Positions 18,519 to 29,006 of a stretch of DNA of 64,000 nt are shown here, in pieces. The stretch is from a bacterium (GTDB taxonomy: Bacteria > UBA8248 > JACPRG01 > G963555815). The stretch is taken from the NCBI GenBank assembly GCA_965261595.1, contig CBDHDG010000007.1:480001-544000 (forward strand), read 5' to 3'. The notes under the pieces were generated by a model, which had not been told where the DNA came from, did not search any database, and worked only from the letters and a program-made list of their open reading frames with translations. The number at the start of each line of letters is the position of its first letter. Within the stretch, counting starts at the first letter, position 1. The translations under genes were made by a program, and so were the position numbers.

Positions 18519-18676
18519 GAACCCGTAGATCCGGACGGGATCGAATCGGTCTCCCGAGCAAACCAGGCCGCGGCTTTTGCTAAGATCTCCCGCTCCTGGC
18601 GGAGCTGTCGTCCCCCGCTCTAGGGTTTTGTTGGACACTCGATTGATCCATGATTCATGGAGAAAGGGGTGTCGCG

Positions 18677-19063
18677 ATGAACGAACAAAAGCAAGAGGGG
18701 GCTTTGGCGGAGGGCGCCCGCAGGGCGAACGGAGCCAAGGCCCCAGGGCATCGCAGTGAGCGGGGTCGGTTCTCCTGCCAGCGCAAGCGGGAGGCGGTCC
18801 TGCGTCTTTTGCGGGGCGAGAGCCTGGAGACGCTCTGCCGCGAGTTGGGCACGACAGCGGCTCGGCTTTCCGCCTGGCGCGAGGCGTTCCTTCGCGGGGG
18901 CGAGGCGGCGCTCAAAGCCCGCCCGGCGGATGAGCGGGCCGAGGAGAACGCCCGGCTCAAGGCCAAGGTGGGCGAACTCACGATGGAGGGCGAGGTCCTG
19001 CGGGAGAAGATCGACCGCCTGGAGGCCGGCCGCCCTTTAGCCGGCAGGAGGTGGAGGCGATGA
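18677..19063 (+). CDS. ISa OrfA
   Basis: As in copy 1. Confidence 0.88.
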   Translation: MNEQKQEGALAEGARRANGAKAPGHRSERGRFSCQRKREAVLRLLRGESLETLCRELGTTAARLSAWREAFLRGGEAALKARPADERAEENARLKAKVGELTMEGEVLREKIDRLEAGRPLAGRRWRR

Positions 19064-19968
19064 GTCAGGCCCGCTTCACCTCCACGGGCAGAGCCTACGG
19101 CCTGAAGCGGGTGTGCGCCCTTTGGGGCTTGGCGCGCTCCACGGTCTACGCGCAACGGCGGCGAGAGGCGGTCCCCGTTCATGAACGCCCCACGCCCAAT
19201 AAGCGCGGCCCTGTGGGCCCGTGCACCGATGCGGAACTCCTCGGCCACATCCGGCAGGTCCTGAAGGACTCTCCCTTCCATGGCGAGGGCTACCGCAAGG
19301 TGTGGGCGAGGCTGCGCTTCGCGGGCATCCGCACCAGCAAGGAGCGGGTGCGTCGCCTGATGCGGGAGGCGGGGCTTCAGGCCCCCCACCGGGTGGGCAA
19401 ACCCCGAGGTCCCAAGGCCCACAACGGGACCATCCGCACCGAGCGGCCCGACCGAATGTGGGGCACGGACATGACGACGACGGTGACCACCGAGGAGGGG
19501 ATGGCCTCGGTGTTCGTGGCGGTGGATCACTGCTCGGTGGACTGCGTGGGGATCCATGCGGCCAAGAGCGGCAACCGCTTCGAGGCCCTGGAGCCGATCC
19601 GGCAGGGGGTCGCCGAGCGCTTCGCCGGCTTGGAGGCGGACGTCGCCGAGGGGCTTAAAGTTCGTCACGACCACGGCCCCGCCTATCTGTCCGATGACTT
19701 TCAGCGGGAGATCGCCTACCTGGGCATGACCAGTTCGCCCAGCTTCGTGCGGGCGCCCGAGGGAAATGGCTACTGTGAGTGGTTTATCCGCATCTTGAAG
19801 GAGAATCTCCTGTGGGTGCGCTCTTTCGCCACCGTAGAGGAACTGCGGTGGGCGCTGCTTGAGTTCAAGAACCTGTACAACCATCATTGGATTCTCGAGG
19901 GCTACGGCTACCGAACGCCGGCCCAGGCAAGGCAGGAAAAACTCGCTCAAGTTGCGGAGGCCGCATGA
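19060..19968 (+). CDS. ISa OrfB DDE transposase
   Basis: As in copy 1. Confidence 0.9.
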   Translation: MSQARFTSTGRAYGLKRVCALWGLARSTVYAQRRREAVPVHERPTPNKRGPVGPCTDAELLGHIRQVLKDSPFHGEGYRKVWARLRFAGIRTSKERVRRLMREAGLQAPHRVGKPRGPKAHNGTIRTERPDRMWGTDMTTTVTTEEGMASVFVAVDHCSVDCVGIHAAKSGNRFEALEPIRQGVAERFAGLEADVAEGLKVRHDHGPAYLSDDFQREIAYLGMTSSPSFVRAPEGNGYCEWFIRILKENLLWVRSFATVEELRWALLEFKNLYNHHWILEGYGYRTPAQARQEKLAQVAEAA

Positions 19969-20014
19969 GGTCGAATACCCTCACCCGAGTGTCCAATAAC
20001 CCAGGGGCGGTCCA

Positions 20015-20237
20015 GTCGGTTCTCGCGGCGAAGTCGGCGCAACTCCTCCCGCTCATCGCTCGTGAGCCCGTCTTTGCGACGCCCCTCGTCAACGTCGGCT
20101 TGATGGGCCCAGGTGCGGATCGTCTGCGCCGAGGGCTCGAACTCGTGCGCCAGCGCCTCGGGCGTGCGTCCCGCCCGGACCAACTCTACCATCTGGCAGC
20201 GGAACTCCATTGGATAGCGTGGGTGAGTCTGTGGCAT
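20015..20237 (-). pseudogene. ISb orfA 5' part (3' part at 18515-18610)
   Basis: MPQTHPRYPMEFR...LRREN, identical to the intact orfA at 22776. Confidence 0.88.
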
Positions 20238-20295
20238 CGTGAACACCTCCTTTACCCCCAAATCATCAGGTGTCCACCAAACCGGGTCAACTCCA

Positions 20296-20769
20296 GACGA
20301 GCGGCAGCGAAAGCGGTTTCGTGTGGATATAAGTAAGCACGAATTTTGTTCACCGAAGAACGAGGCCGAATTAGAGGGCTATACCCTCTATGTTTATACC
20401 CCAACGATGATGGTTTGTGAGAAGCTGAGAGCCATTTGTCAGCAGATGCGCGAATATAGAAAGTTTATGAGAAGTAGCAGCCAGTCTGCCAGGCCAAGGG
20501 ATTTTTTTGACATCTACTATATGGTCGAGCGTTTGGGTGTAAACGTTGAAGAGTCTTTGTCGATGAAGATCTTGAACGCAATGTTCGTGGCCAAAAGGGT
20601 GCCATTAAAATTGCTCGGCCAAATCGGAGATACTCGGGAGTATCATCGCCTAGGTTTCTCGGCGTTTGAATTGACCGTAGGACCTGAGGTGGATTTAGAG
20701 GAGTTTGATTTTTATTTTGATTACGTTTTGGAGCTTGTTGGGAGGTTAAAGTCCTTTTGGAAAGAATAA
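20296..20769 (+). pseudogene. abiEii: AbiEii/AbiGii nucleotidyltransferase toxin, 3' fragment
   Basis: VDIS, CEKLRAI and RPRDFFDIY motifs; AT-rich; 5' end cut by ISb. Confidence 0.8.
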
Positions 20770-21125
20770 TCTCCACCTCTCGGAATACTCTGTTTCCTTC
20801 ATGTTATGTGCCAGAAAGAAATCAAACCGAAATTCCTTTTTCCGCAAGAGGCGCAAGGCGGATTCCGGGTACACATCGGCACGGTCCAGATAAAAACCGA
20901 TGGCCTGCTCGTATGGATAAATGTAATCCAATTTCTTGAGGATTGCTGAGAGGCGGTTGATGGAAATCATTTTCTCTTTGGCCGCTCGAAATGCTTTCAA
21001 GACTTCGAATATACCGCTGGAATACTCCCGCCTAACGGTGATATCGATCAATGTGCGTTCGAGGTTGGTAACACGTATATGGACCGCCCCTGGGTTATTG
21101 GACACTCGGGTGAGGGTATTCGACC

Positions 21126-22035
21126 TCATGCGGCCTCCGCAACTTGAGCGAGTTTTTCCTGCCTTGCCTGGGCCGGCGTTCGGTAGCCGTAGCCCTCGAG
21201 AATCCAATGATGGTTGTACAGGTTCTTGAACTCAAGCAGCGCCCACCGCAGTTCCTCTACGGTGGCGAAAGAGCGCACCCACAGGAGATTCTCCTTCAAG
21301 ATGCGGATAAACCACTCACAGTAGCCATTTCCCTCGGGCGCCCGCACGAAGCTGGGCGAACTGGTCATGCCCAGGTAGGCGATCTCCCGCTGAAAGTCAT
21401 CGGACAGATAGGCGGGGCCGTGGTCGTGACGAACTTTAAGCCCCTCGGCGACGTCCGCCTCCAAGCCGGCGAAGCGCTCGGCGACCCCCTGCCGGATCGG
21501 CTCCAGGGCCTCGAAGCGGTTGCCGCTCTTGGCCGCATGGATCCCCACGCAGTCCACCGAGCAGTGATCCACCGCCACGAACACCGAGGCCACCCCCTCC
21601 TCGGTGGTCACCGTCGTCGTCATGTCCGTGCCCCACATTCGGTCGGGCCGCTCGGTGCGGATGGTCCCGTTGTGGGCCTTGGGACCTCGGGGTTTGCCCA
21701 CCCGGTGGGGGGCCTGAAGCCCCGCCTCCCGCATCAGGCGACGCACCCGCTCCTTGCTGGTGCGGATGCCCGCGAAGCGCAGCCTCGCCCACACCTTGCG
21801 GTAGCCCTCGCCATGGAAGGGAGAGTCCTCCAGGACCTGCCGGATGTGGCCGAGGAGTTCCGCATCGGTGCACGGGCCCACAGGGCCGCGCTTATTGGGC
21901 GTGGGGCGTTCATGAACGGGGACCGCCTCTCGCCGCCGTTGCGCGTAGACCGTGGAGCGCGCCAAGCCCCAAAAGGGCGCACACCCGCTTCAGGCCGTAG
22001 GCTCTGCCCGTGGAGGTGAAGCGGGCCTGACTCAT
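21126..22035 (-). pseudogene. ISa OrfB, +1 frameshift near the 5' end
   Basis: CCCCAAAAGGG vs CCCCAAAGGG in the other copies. Confidence 0.8.
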
Positions 22036-22418
22036 CGCCTCCACCTCCTGCCGGCTAAAGGGCGGCCGGCCTCCAGGCGGTCGATCTTCTCCCGCAGGAC
22101 CTCGCCCTCCATCGTGAGTTCGCCCACCTTGGCCTTGAGCCGGGCGTTCTCCTCGGCCCGCTCATCCGCCGGGCGGGCTTTGAGCGCCGCCTCGCCCCCG
22201 CGAAGGAACGCCTCGCGCCAGGCGGAAAGCCGAGCCGCTGTCGTGCCCAACTCGCGGCAGAGCGTCTCCAGGCTCTCGCCCCGCAAAAGACGCAGGACCG
22301 CCTCCCGCTTGCGCTGGCAGGAGAACCGACCCCGCTCACTGCGATGCCCTGGGGCCTTGGCTCCGTTCGCCCTACGGGCGCCCTCCGCCAAAGCCCCCTC
22401 TTGCTTTTGTTCGTTCAT
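22032..22418 (-). CDS. ISa OrfA
   Basis: As in the other copies. Confidence 0.88.
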   Translation of the reverse strand: MNEQKQEGALAEGARRANGAKAPGHRSERGRFSCQRKREAVLRLLRGESLETLCRELGTTAARLSAWREAFLRGGEAALKARPADERAEENARLKAKVGELTMEGEVLREKIDRLEAGRPLAGRRWRR

Positions 22419-22775
22419 CGCGACACCCCTTTCTCCATGAATCATGGATCAATCGAGTGTCCAACAAAACCCTAGAGCGGGGGATATACGACTCTCATCC
22501 GGAGCGATTGTATCGATCACACCGAGTTGTCCGGTATGTTTCCCATTAACGATGCAAATGCGGTAGTCCAAGTGAGTTGTACAATTATTGGTCTTGCGTT
22601 GAGGACGTTTGAAGGCGGTCCGAATCGATTCTTGTGTTGGCGGGCTTCCAGGCGGGGGCTTTGGTGATTGTTCCTCATTCAGATAAATGGTCTTTGAATT
22701 TGTTCCGTTAGGTCGTGTGGAGTTGACCCGGTTTGGTGGACACCTGATGATTTGGGGGTAAAGGAGGTGTTCACG

Positions 22776-23090
22776 ATGCCACAGACTCACCCACGCTATC
22801 CAATGGAGTTCCGCTGCCAGATGGTAGAGTTGGTCCGGGCGGGACGCACGCCCGAGGCGCTGGCGCACGAGTTCGAGCCCTCGGCGCAGACGATCCGCAC
22901 CTGGGCCCATCAAGCCGACGTTGACGAGGGGCGTCGCAAAGACGGGCTCACGAGCGATGAGCGGGAGGAGTTGCGCCGACTTCGCCGCGAGAACCGACAG
23001 CTCCGCCAGGAGCGGGAGATCTTAGCAAAAGCCGCGGCCTGGTTTGCTCGGGAGACCGATTCGATCCCGTCCGGATCTACGGGTTCGTGA
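22776..23090 (+). CDS. ISb OrfA
   Basis: [38 protein letters not shown]. Confidence 0.9.
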   Translation: MPQTHPRYPMEFRCQMVELVRAGRTPEALAHEFEPSAQTIRTWAHQADVDEGRRKDGLTSDEREELRRLRRENRQLRQEREILAKAAAWFARETDSIPSGSTGS

Positions 23091-23935
23091 GGGCGAACCA
23101 GGCCATGTATCGGACCGCCACCATGTGCCGGGTGCTGGGCGTCTCCTCCAGCGGCTACTACGCGTGGCGCAGGCGCGCGCCGTGTGCCCGCTCGTGTGCC
23201 GATCGGGCGCTCACCAAACGCATTCAGGCGATCCACGAGCGTTCTCGGGGGACTTACGGCGTGCCGCGCGTCCATGCCGAGTTGGAGGCTGAGGGAGTGC
23301 GTGTGGGCCGCAAGCGCGTCGCCAGGCTGATGCGTGGGGCGGGACTTGCGGGCGTCAGTCGGCGCAAGGGAGCGCGCACGACGCAGCGCCGGCAGGAGGC
23401 GCGGCCGGCCCCTGATCTGGTGGACCGCAACTTCACGGCCGAGGCCCCCGACCGGCTGTGGGTGGCCGACATCACCTACGTTCCGACATGGGCGGGGTTT
23501 TTGTATCTGGCCGTGGCGCTCGATGCGTTCAGCCGGCGCATCGTGGGGTGGTCGATGGCCACACACCTGCGGGCCGAGTTGGTGCTCGACGCGCTCGACA
23601 TGGCGCTGTATAAGCGCCGTCCCCGGGCCGTCATCCACCACTCCGACCAGGGCACGCAGTACACCTCGGTCGCCTTTGGGCAGCGCTGCCGCCAGGCGGG
23701 CGGGCGTCCCTCCATGGGTTCGGTCGGGGACTGCTACGACAACGCGCTGTGTGAGAGCTTTTTCGCCACGCTGGAGTGCGAGCTCCTCGCTCGCCACAGT
23801 TTCCGCACCCGGGCCGAGGCGCGCATGGAGGTGTTCGGGTTCATCGAGGGCTTCTACAACCCGCATCGTCGGCACTCCTCCATCGACAACCTGTCACCCG
23901 TTAACTACGAAAGGAGACAACAACGCACACCCTGA
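23087..23935 (+). CDS. ISb OrfB DDE transposase
   Basis: DDE motifs as above; GTGA overlap. Confidence 0.9.
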   Translation: MRANQAMYRTATMCRVLGVSSSGYYAWRRRAPCARSCADRALTKRIQAIHERSRGTYGVPRVHAELEAEGVRVGRKRVARLMRGAGLAGVSRRKGARTTQRRQEARPAPDLVDRNFTAEAPDRLWVADITYVPTWAGFLYLAVALDAFSRRIVGWSMATHLRAELVLDALDMALYKRRPRAVIHHSDQGTQYTSVAFGQRCRQAGGRPSMGSVGDCYDNALCESFFATLECELLARHSFRTRAEARMEVFGFIEGFYNPHRRHSSIDNLSPVNYERRQQRTP

Positions 23936-24313
23936 AAACCCAAGTGCTTAACTCTCCACGAAACCGGGGTAAGTCCAGTTTTTTTCGGGCGTCTTCTATT
24001 GGATTCGAGGACCTGGGTCCGAATGAGAGACCCGATGAAGGGTAGGCGTCCGTCAAGGCCCCATCTTCAGTTCCCCGGATGGGCGACCGCGAAGCCGTCC
24101 CAAGCCGGACAGGGATCGCCCCGTGCGCGCGCGACGGGGTCGAGGTGAGCCCCCCGCCTCCTGCATTGGGGCGGAGCATCCACTCCGCCGCCATCGTATA
24201 TGATTTTGGATCCGAACAGGAGCTTGTGAAACGCGCGGAGCGGGCCGAACCGCTGGATGGCGGAAAGTCCGCGAGTTCCGCGGTCATTCAAAAGGGCGGG
24301 TGAGAAACCCGGC

Positions 24314-26632
24314 CTACCCCCGCCCCCCGTCCGTGGAAGCCTCTTTCGCCTGGATGGCCTTGAGTAGATCCTGGGGGCGAATGGGGATCTTTCGGCACCG
24401 GACGCCGACGGCGTTGTAGATGGCGTTGGCGATGGCCGCGCCGACGGCGTTCACGGGCCCTTCCGAGCAGCCCTTCGCGCCGTGGGGGCCGAGCGGGTCG
24501 TTCGTCTCGATGAACGCGTGCCGGATGGGCGGCATGGATTCGGCCTTGGGAACGGCGTAGTCGGCCAGGTACCCGTTGACCGGCTGGCCGTTCTCGAAGA
24601 TCATTTCCTCGTTATACGCCCAGCCGATCCCCTGGCTGATGGCGCCCTCGGTTTGTCCCTCCGCCCCCAGGGCGGAGATGATCCGCCCGACGTCGTCCAC
24701 CGAGGCGAAATCCAGAAGATCGACCTGACCGGTTTCCGTGTCCACCTCGACTTCGGCGACCTGGGCGACGAATTCGTATCCCGGGGCCACATTTCCGTCG
24801 AGGAGGGGGGGCTTGATGACATCGTTCTCCGCTTCATAGTGGCCGACGGCCATGACCGGACCCCCGTTAGTGCGCTTGTGCTCCAGATGGGCCGCTTCGC
24901 CGATGGTCATGCCCCGATCCGGGGCGGCTTTGATGAAGATCCGACCCCCTTCGAACTCGAGGTCGTCGGGATCGGCCTCCAGCTCGGCCGCGACCACCGC
25001 CGCGAGCTTTTTCCTCAATTCCACCGCCGCCCGGTGCACGGCGTTGCCGCCGATCATCGTAATGCGGCTTGCGAAGGAGCCGAGGGTGTATGGGGCGACG
25101 TCGGTGTCGGCCGCACAGAGATCGATGTCCGTGAGCTCGAGGCCCAACTCCTCGGCGGCGAACATGCACAGCACCGTCGGAGACCCCTGGCCGGTGTCGC
25201 CTTCGCCGATCAGGAGGCCGACCCGCCCGTCATCGTGCGCCTGGAGGATGGCCGTGGAGCCTTCCCAGCCGGCGATGATCCGGTTGCCGCTCACGTGATT
25301 GGCGGCGGCCAACCCGATCCCGCGCCGCTTGGTCCCGGTTCGGTTTTTGAGGTTTTCCCGCGATTTACGCTTCCAATCGGTCATCTCGACCACTTGCTCG
25401 ACACACTCGGGCAGGGCGTTCGTGATGGCGTTCCACTTGTGGATTGAGAGCTCACGGGGCTTCAGGATGTTCTTCATGCGAAGATCCATCGCGTCGATGT
25501 CGAGCGCCTCGGCGAGCATGTCCATCAGTATCTCGCCGGGAACCGTCGTCTGGGGCGTCCCGAAACCCCGGAAGGCGCCTTTGGGCGGGTTGTTGGTGAA
25601 AGCCAGGTGCGCGATGACCCGGCAGGCCTTCCAGCGATAGATGGAGGGCCAGCGGGTAACCATGGTGTTCACGATGCCCGGCGACGGACCGGTGTACCCG
25701 CCGCATTCGGAAACGATGTTCAGCTCATGGGCGGTGAGCGTGCCGTCCTTCATGGCGCCGATCTTCAGGCGGACCCGGGCCGGAACCCGCATCCGCGTGG
25801 CCCCGCGAAACGACTCGGTCCGGAGGTTTTCCAGTTTGACCGGATGGCCGCACTTCAGCGCGAGGAGGCCGCTGATGAAGGCGTTGGGGTCTTCAATGGA
25901 CTTGCCGCCGAACGCGCCGCCGACGTACGGCTGAATCAGCCGCACCTTCGAGGCCTCGAGCCCCAACCCCATGGCGATGCGATCGCGGCCGAGGAAGACC
26001 TTCTGACAGGGGACGTGCATGACCAGCTTGCTGCCGTCCGTCGGGTCGGCGACGGTGCAGTTCGGCTCGGTGAAGGCGTGATACTGGGTGCCGGTGTGGA
26101 ATTCCTCCTCGAGGACGATGTCGGACGCCGCGAAGGCCGCGTCCACGTCTTCGCCCTTATCGAAATTCAGCGCGTGGCAGATGTTTCCGGGGGCGTCGTC
26201 GTGGATGAGGACCGCTCCCTCGGCCATGGCGTCCTCGGGGGTGAAATATGCCGGAAGGACCTCGTACTCCACCCGGATGCGTTCCATGGCCTCCTCGGCG
26301 GCCTCCCGGCTCACCGCCGCGACGGCGGCCACCTCATGGCCGATGAAGAGGACCTTTTCGATGGCCAGTGCGGTTTGGTCCTTGCGGATCGTGCCATAGC
26401 GGGCCCCCGGGGGGAGGTCCCTCCCCGTGACGACGGATTTGACGCCCGGCGTCTTCTCCGCGTCGGAGGTGTCGATGTTCAGGATGCGCGCGTGGGCGTG
26501 CGGGCTTCGAAGCACGCGGGCGTGCAGAAGACCGGGCATGTTCAAATCGGTCGCGAATTTGGCTTGGCCCAGCGTTTTGACCGCCGACCCCAGCAGGGGC
26601 GCGCGTGACCCGATGACTCTTAAGGAACTCAT
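24314..26632 (-). CDS. xanthine dehydrogenase-family molybdopterin-binding large subunit
   Basis: RSPHAHARI, GGAFGGK, AFRGFG, GSFASR, GAKGCSEG motifs; ATG 26632 with GGGAG RBS. Confidence 0.92.
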   Translation of the reverse strand: MSSLRVIGSRAPLLGSAVKTLGQAKFATDLNMPGLLHARVLRSPHAHARILNIDTSDAEKTPGVKSVVTGRDLPPGARYGTIRKDQTALAIEKVLFIGHEVAAVAAVSREAAEEAMERIRVEYEVLPAYFTPEDAMAEGAVLIHDDAPGNICHALNFDKGEDVDAAFAASDIVLEEEFHTGTQYHAFTEPNCTVADPTDGSKLVMHVPCQKVFLGRDRIAMGLGLEASKVRLIQPYVGGAFGGKSIEDPNAFISGLLALKCGHPVKLENLRTESFRGATRMRVPARVRLKIGAMKDGTLTAHELNIVSECGGYTGPSPGIVNTMVTRWPSIYRWKACRVIAHLAFTNNPPKGAFRGFGTPQTTVPGEILMDMLAEALDIDAMDLRMKNILKPRELSIHKWNAITNALPECVEQVVEMTDWKRKSRENLKNRTGTKRRGIGLAAANHVSGNRIIAGWEGSTAILQAHDDGRVGLLIGEGDTGQGSPTVLCMFAAEELGLELTDIDLCAADTDVAPYTLGSFASRITMIGGNAVHRAAVELRKKLAAVVAAELEADPDDLEFEGGRIFIKAAPDRGMTIGEAAHLEHKRTNGGPVMAVGHYEAENDVIKPPLLDGNVAPGYEFVAQVAEVEVDTETGQVDLLDFASVDDVGRIISALGAEGQTEGAISQGIGWAYNEEMIFENGQPVNGYLADYAVPKAESMPPIRHAFIETNDPLGPHGAKGCSEGPVNAVGAAIANAIYNAVGVRCRKIPIRPQDLLKAIQAKEASTDGGRG

Positions 26633-26782
26633 GGATTCACTCCCACAAAAACCCCACGGCCCGAGCAGAGGCCATTCAGCAATCGGGCGGCCCCTACTGC
26701 ACATCCGGTGACGGCTGGAAATCAGGTTCAGAGCCGGAGCATCGACTCCAACGTTCACCATAGCACCGAATGACGCGCCCGC

Positions 26783-27661
26783 TCAACCCCGGAGGAGCGT
26801 GATGAGAAGGACGCCAAGCACAATAGAAGCAGTCCCGAGATACGTTCTCAGGGTAATGCGCTCCAGGTCGCCCAGGAAGATCGCCGCCATCGCGACGGAC
26901 AGCATGGGCGTGGCCCCCATGATGGCCATCACGCGGGAGACTTCCCCCAGCCGGATCGCGGAGAAGAGGAAATAAAAAGTGACCGCGAGGGTGGTGCCCG
27001 CCAAGATGAAGAACATCAGCGCCCTCCCCGATCGCACGAAGCGCCGGCCTTTCGGAAAGAACCCGTAAGTCAGCAACAGGACCACCAGGGCGGAAAAGGT
27101 GGAGAACACGATGCCCACATGAGGCAAAGGCAGGATCTCCAGGCCGATCTTCCGGATGACGGCGGCCAATCCCCAAAAGAAGCCGCCGGACAAAGGAATG
27201 ATGGTCTCGGTCCACTTCATGCGGGACTCGCCCTTGGGGCGGGTGATCACCCAGATCCCGCCGATGATGAGCGCCGTCCCCGCATAAAGGGATGCGGGCG
27301 GGCGCTCCCCCAGAATCACAGTGCCCAGCAGGACGGAAAAGAGCGGGCTCGATCCCATGCAGATGGGAACGGCCTTGGCCACGCCGAAGCGGTTCAAGGA
27401 AATGTAATACGCGGTGATCGATAGAGCCGGTGAGCTGACTCCCCCGACCAGGAACCAGAAGACGCCCGCACGGGGCAGCTCCAGCCAGCGGATTCCGATC
27501 GCCGTGCAAATCACCGAATAAATGATCAGGATCGTCAGGTTGACTGTCACCGCCGCCATGTAAGGCGAGCCCGACTGGAACCCCCGACGGTTCAGGATGC
27601 TCACCGTCGACATAGACACGGCCGCCAATATGGCGATGAGATCGATGGGAAGAGATTGCAA
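26783..27661 (-). CDS. EamA/DMT-family transporter
   Basis: ~10 TM segments, two EamA repeats (ILGE.P; LG.LERIT). Confidence 0.88.
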   Translation of the reverse strand: MQSLPIDLIAILAAVSMSTVSILNRRGFQSGSPYMAAVTVNLTILIIYSVICTAIGIRWLELPRAGVFWFLVGGVSSPALSITAYYISLNRFGVAKAVPICMGSSPLFSVLLGTVILGERPPASLYAGTALIIGGIWVITRPKGESRMKWTETIIPLSGGFFWGLAAVIRKIGLEILPLPHVGIVFSTFSALVVLLLTYGFFPKGRRFVRSGRALMFFILAGTTLAVTFYFLFSAIRLGEVSRVMAIMGATPMLSVAMAAIFLGDLERITLRTYLGTASIVLGVLLITLLRG

Positions 27662-27785
27662 GTTCGTGTATGTCCGAAAAATGGAAACGGGACCGAAGGA
27701 TCAAACCGGAACGGGAGTCAGGAACCGGACAACGGGGTGTCCGCCCGGGAGCCCTCCGTCCCTCCTTGCGGTTCGGGAAGCGGAT

Positions 27786-28673
27786 TCACCCGCCCAAAAG
27801 CGCGATCAACACGATGCCCGTTACAATGGAGACCGTGCCCCCATAAATTCTCGACGTGATGTTTTCCAGGTTGCCCAGGAAGATGGCCGCCAGCATGATG
27901 GAAAGCAGCGGGGTGACCCCGAAGATGGCCATCACACGCGAGACCTCTCCCAGGTTGATGGCGGTAAAGAGAAAGAAGAACGAGATCGATAAGGAGACCC
28001 CCGCGAAAAGTGAGTACTTCACCGCCCGGGCCGAACGGACCATTCGCTTGCCCTTTGGGAACAGCGGATAGGTCAAGATCAGACACACGAGCGCGGTTGT
28101 CGAGGAAATCATCACCCCGACATGGGGGAGCGGGAGGATGTTCAGGCCGAGTTTTCGGATGACCGTGGACAGACCGAAGAAAAATCCCGCCGCCAGGGGG
28201 ATGACGGCCTCGCTCCATTTGAGGGACGGTTCCCCCTTGGGGCGGGCGATGATCCAGATCCCCCCGATGATCAGAACCGCCCCCAGGTAAAGGGACCAGT
28301 AGGGCCTCTCTCCGAGAATCAGGATTCCCAGGAGGACGCCGAACAACGGATTCCCGCCCATCGCGATGGGGCCGGCCTTGCCCACACCGAAGCGGCTGAG
28401 CGAGATATAGTACAGGGTCATCGAAAGGGCGGGGGAGGAAATCCCGGCCAGGAGAAACCAGCCGACCGCGGCGCCGGGAAGCTCCATCCAGCGGATGCCC
28501 AGGGCTGTACAGATTCCGAGATAGACGGTCAAGACGGTCGCGTTGATGATGACCGCCGCCATGTAAGGTGAACCCGTTTGAAGCCCCCGGCGGTTCAGGA
28601 TGCTCATGGTCGACATGGCCGCCGCCGCCAGAAGGGCGGTGATTTCTATGGGGATGTATTGAATGAAGGACAA
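27786..28673 (-). CDS. EamA/DMT-family transporter, tandem paralog
   Basis: Highly similar to the neighbour; AGGAGG RBS fits TTG at 28673 (ORF track gives 28685). Confidence 0.88.
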   Translation of the reverse strand: MSFIQYIPIEITALLAAAAMSTMSILNRRGLQTGSPYMAAVIINATVLTVYLGICTALGIRWMELPGAAVGWFLLAGISSPALSMTLYYISLSRFGVGKAGPIAMGGNPLFGVLLGILILGERPYWSLYLGAVLIIGGIWIIARPKGEPSLKWSEAVIPLAAGFFFGLSTVIRKLGLNILPLPHVGVMISSTTALVCLILTYPLFPKGKRMVRSARAVKYSLFAGVSLSISFFFLFTAINLGEVSRVMAIFGVTPLLSIMLAAIFLGNLENITSRIYGGTVSIVTGIVLIALLGG

Positions 28674-29006
28674 GGCTGGCGCCACCTCCTATCGAAAATC
28701 GGATTCTTCGGGGAAGCCGTTGTTTGTTAGAAGCATCCGCATGTGAAGGCGCTCTTCGCCCCCCTGGAAAGTCAACGGTGACGGTCGGGGGAGCCACGGC
28801 CGGGAATTCGGCCGAAAACCGCCGCCGGGACACGCTCAAGAAATCCGTATTCCCCGAATTTTTCAGGGCAGCGTTTCAGGCGTGACCGTCCAGGCGATGC
28901 GCCATACCTGTTCCGTGAGGCCGCCCGCGTTCGGCGTCCCTCCCCCGCTCTAGGGTTTTGTTGGACACTCGATTGATCCATGATTCATGGAGAAAGGGGT
29001 GTCGCG

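Larger units (their letters stand above)
18611..20014 (+). mobile_element. IS3-family ISa, copy 2 (nested in ISb)
   Basis: 4-bp TSD GTCG (18607-18610 / 20015-20018). Confidence 0.95.
17628..20295 (-). mobile_element. IS3-family element ISb, copy 1, interrupted in orfA by ISa copy 2
   Basis: TG..CA ends, 3-bp TSD GAC; length 2668 = 1260 + 1404 + 4. Confidence 0.92.
21080..22484 (-). mobile_element. IS3-family ISa, copy 3 (orfB frameshifted)
   Basis: 4-bp TSD TATA; 1405 bp, with an extra A in the run at 21971-21974. Confidence 0.94.
20746..22717 (-). pseudogene. abiEi: AbiEi-like antitoxin, split by ISa copy 3 and 5'-truncated by ISb copy 2
   Basis: 22485-22717 and 20746-21079 join in frame via the TATA TSD: ...GQLGV..DESRIRVTNLERTLIDITVR...WRLFFPKGL. 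Confidence 0.75.
22718..23977 (+). mobile_element. IS3-family ISb, copy 2 (intact, 1260 bp, no TSD)
   Basis: TGGAGTTGACCCGGTTTGGTGGAC / CTCCACGAAACCGGGGTAAGTCCA IRs; AAAAG candidate frameshift site near 23027. Confidence 0.93.

Noticed and set aside
23978..24310. Short ORFs 24067-24291 and 24079-24303
   Set aside because: No motif or RBS support; probably a remnant next to an IS-linked deletion.
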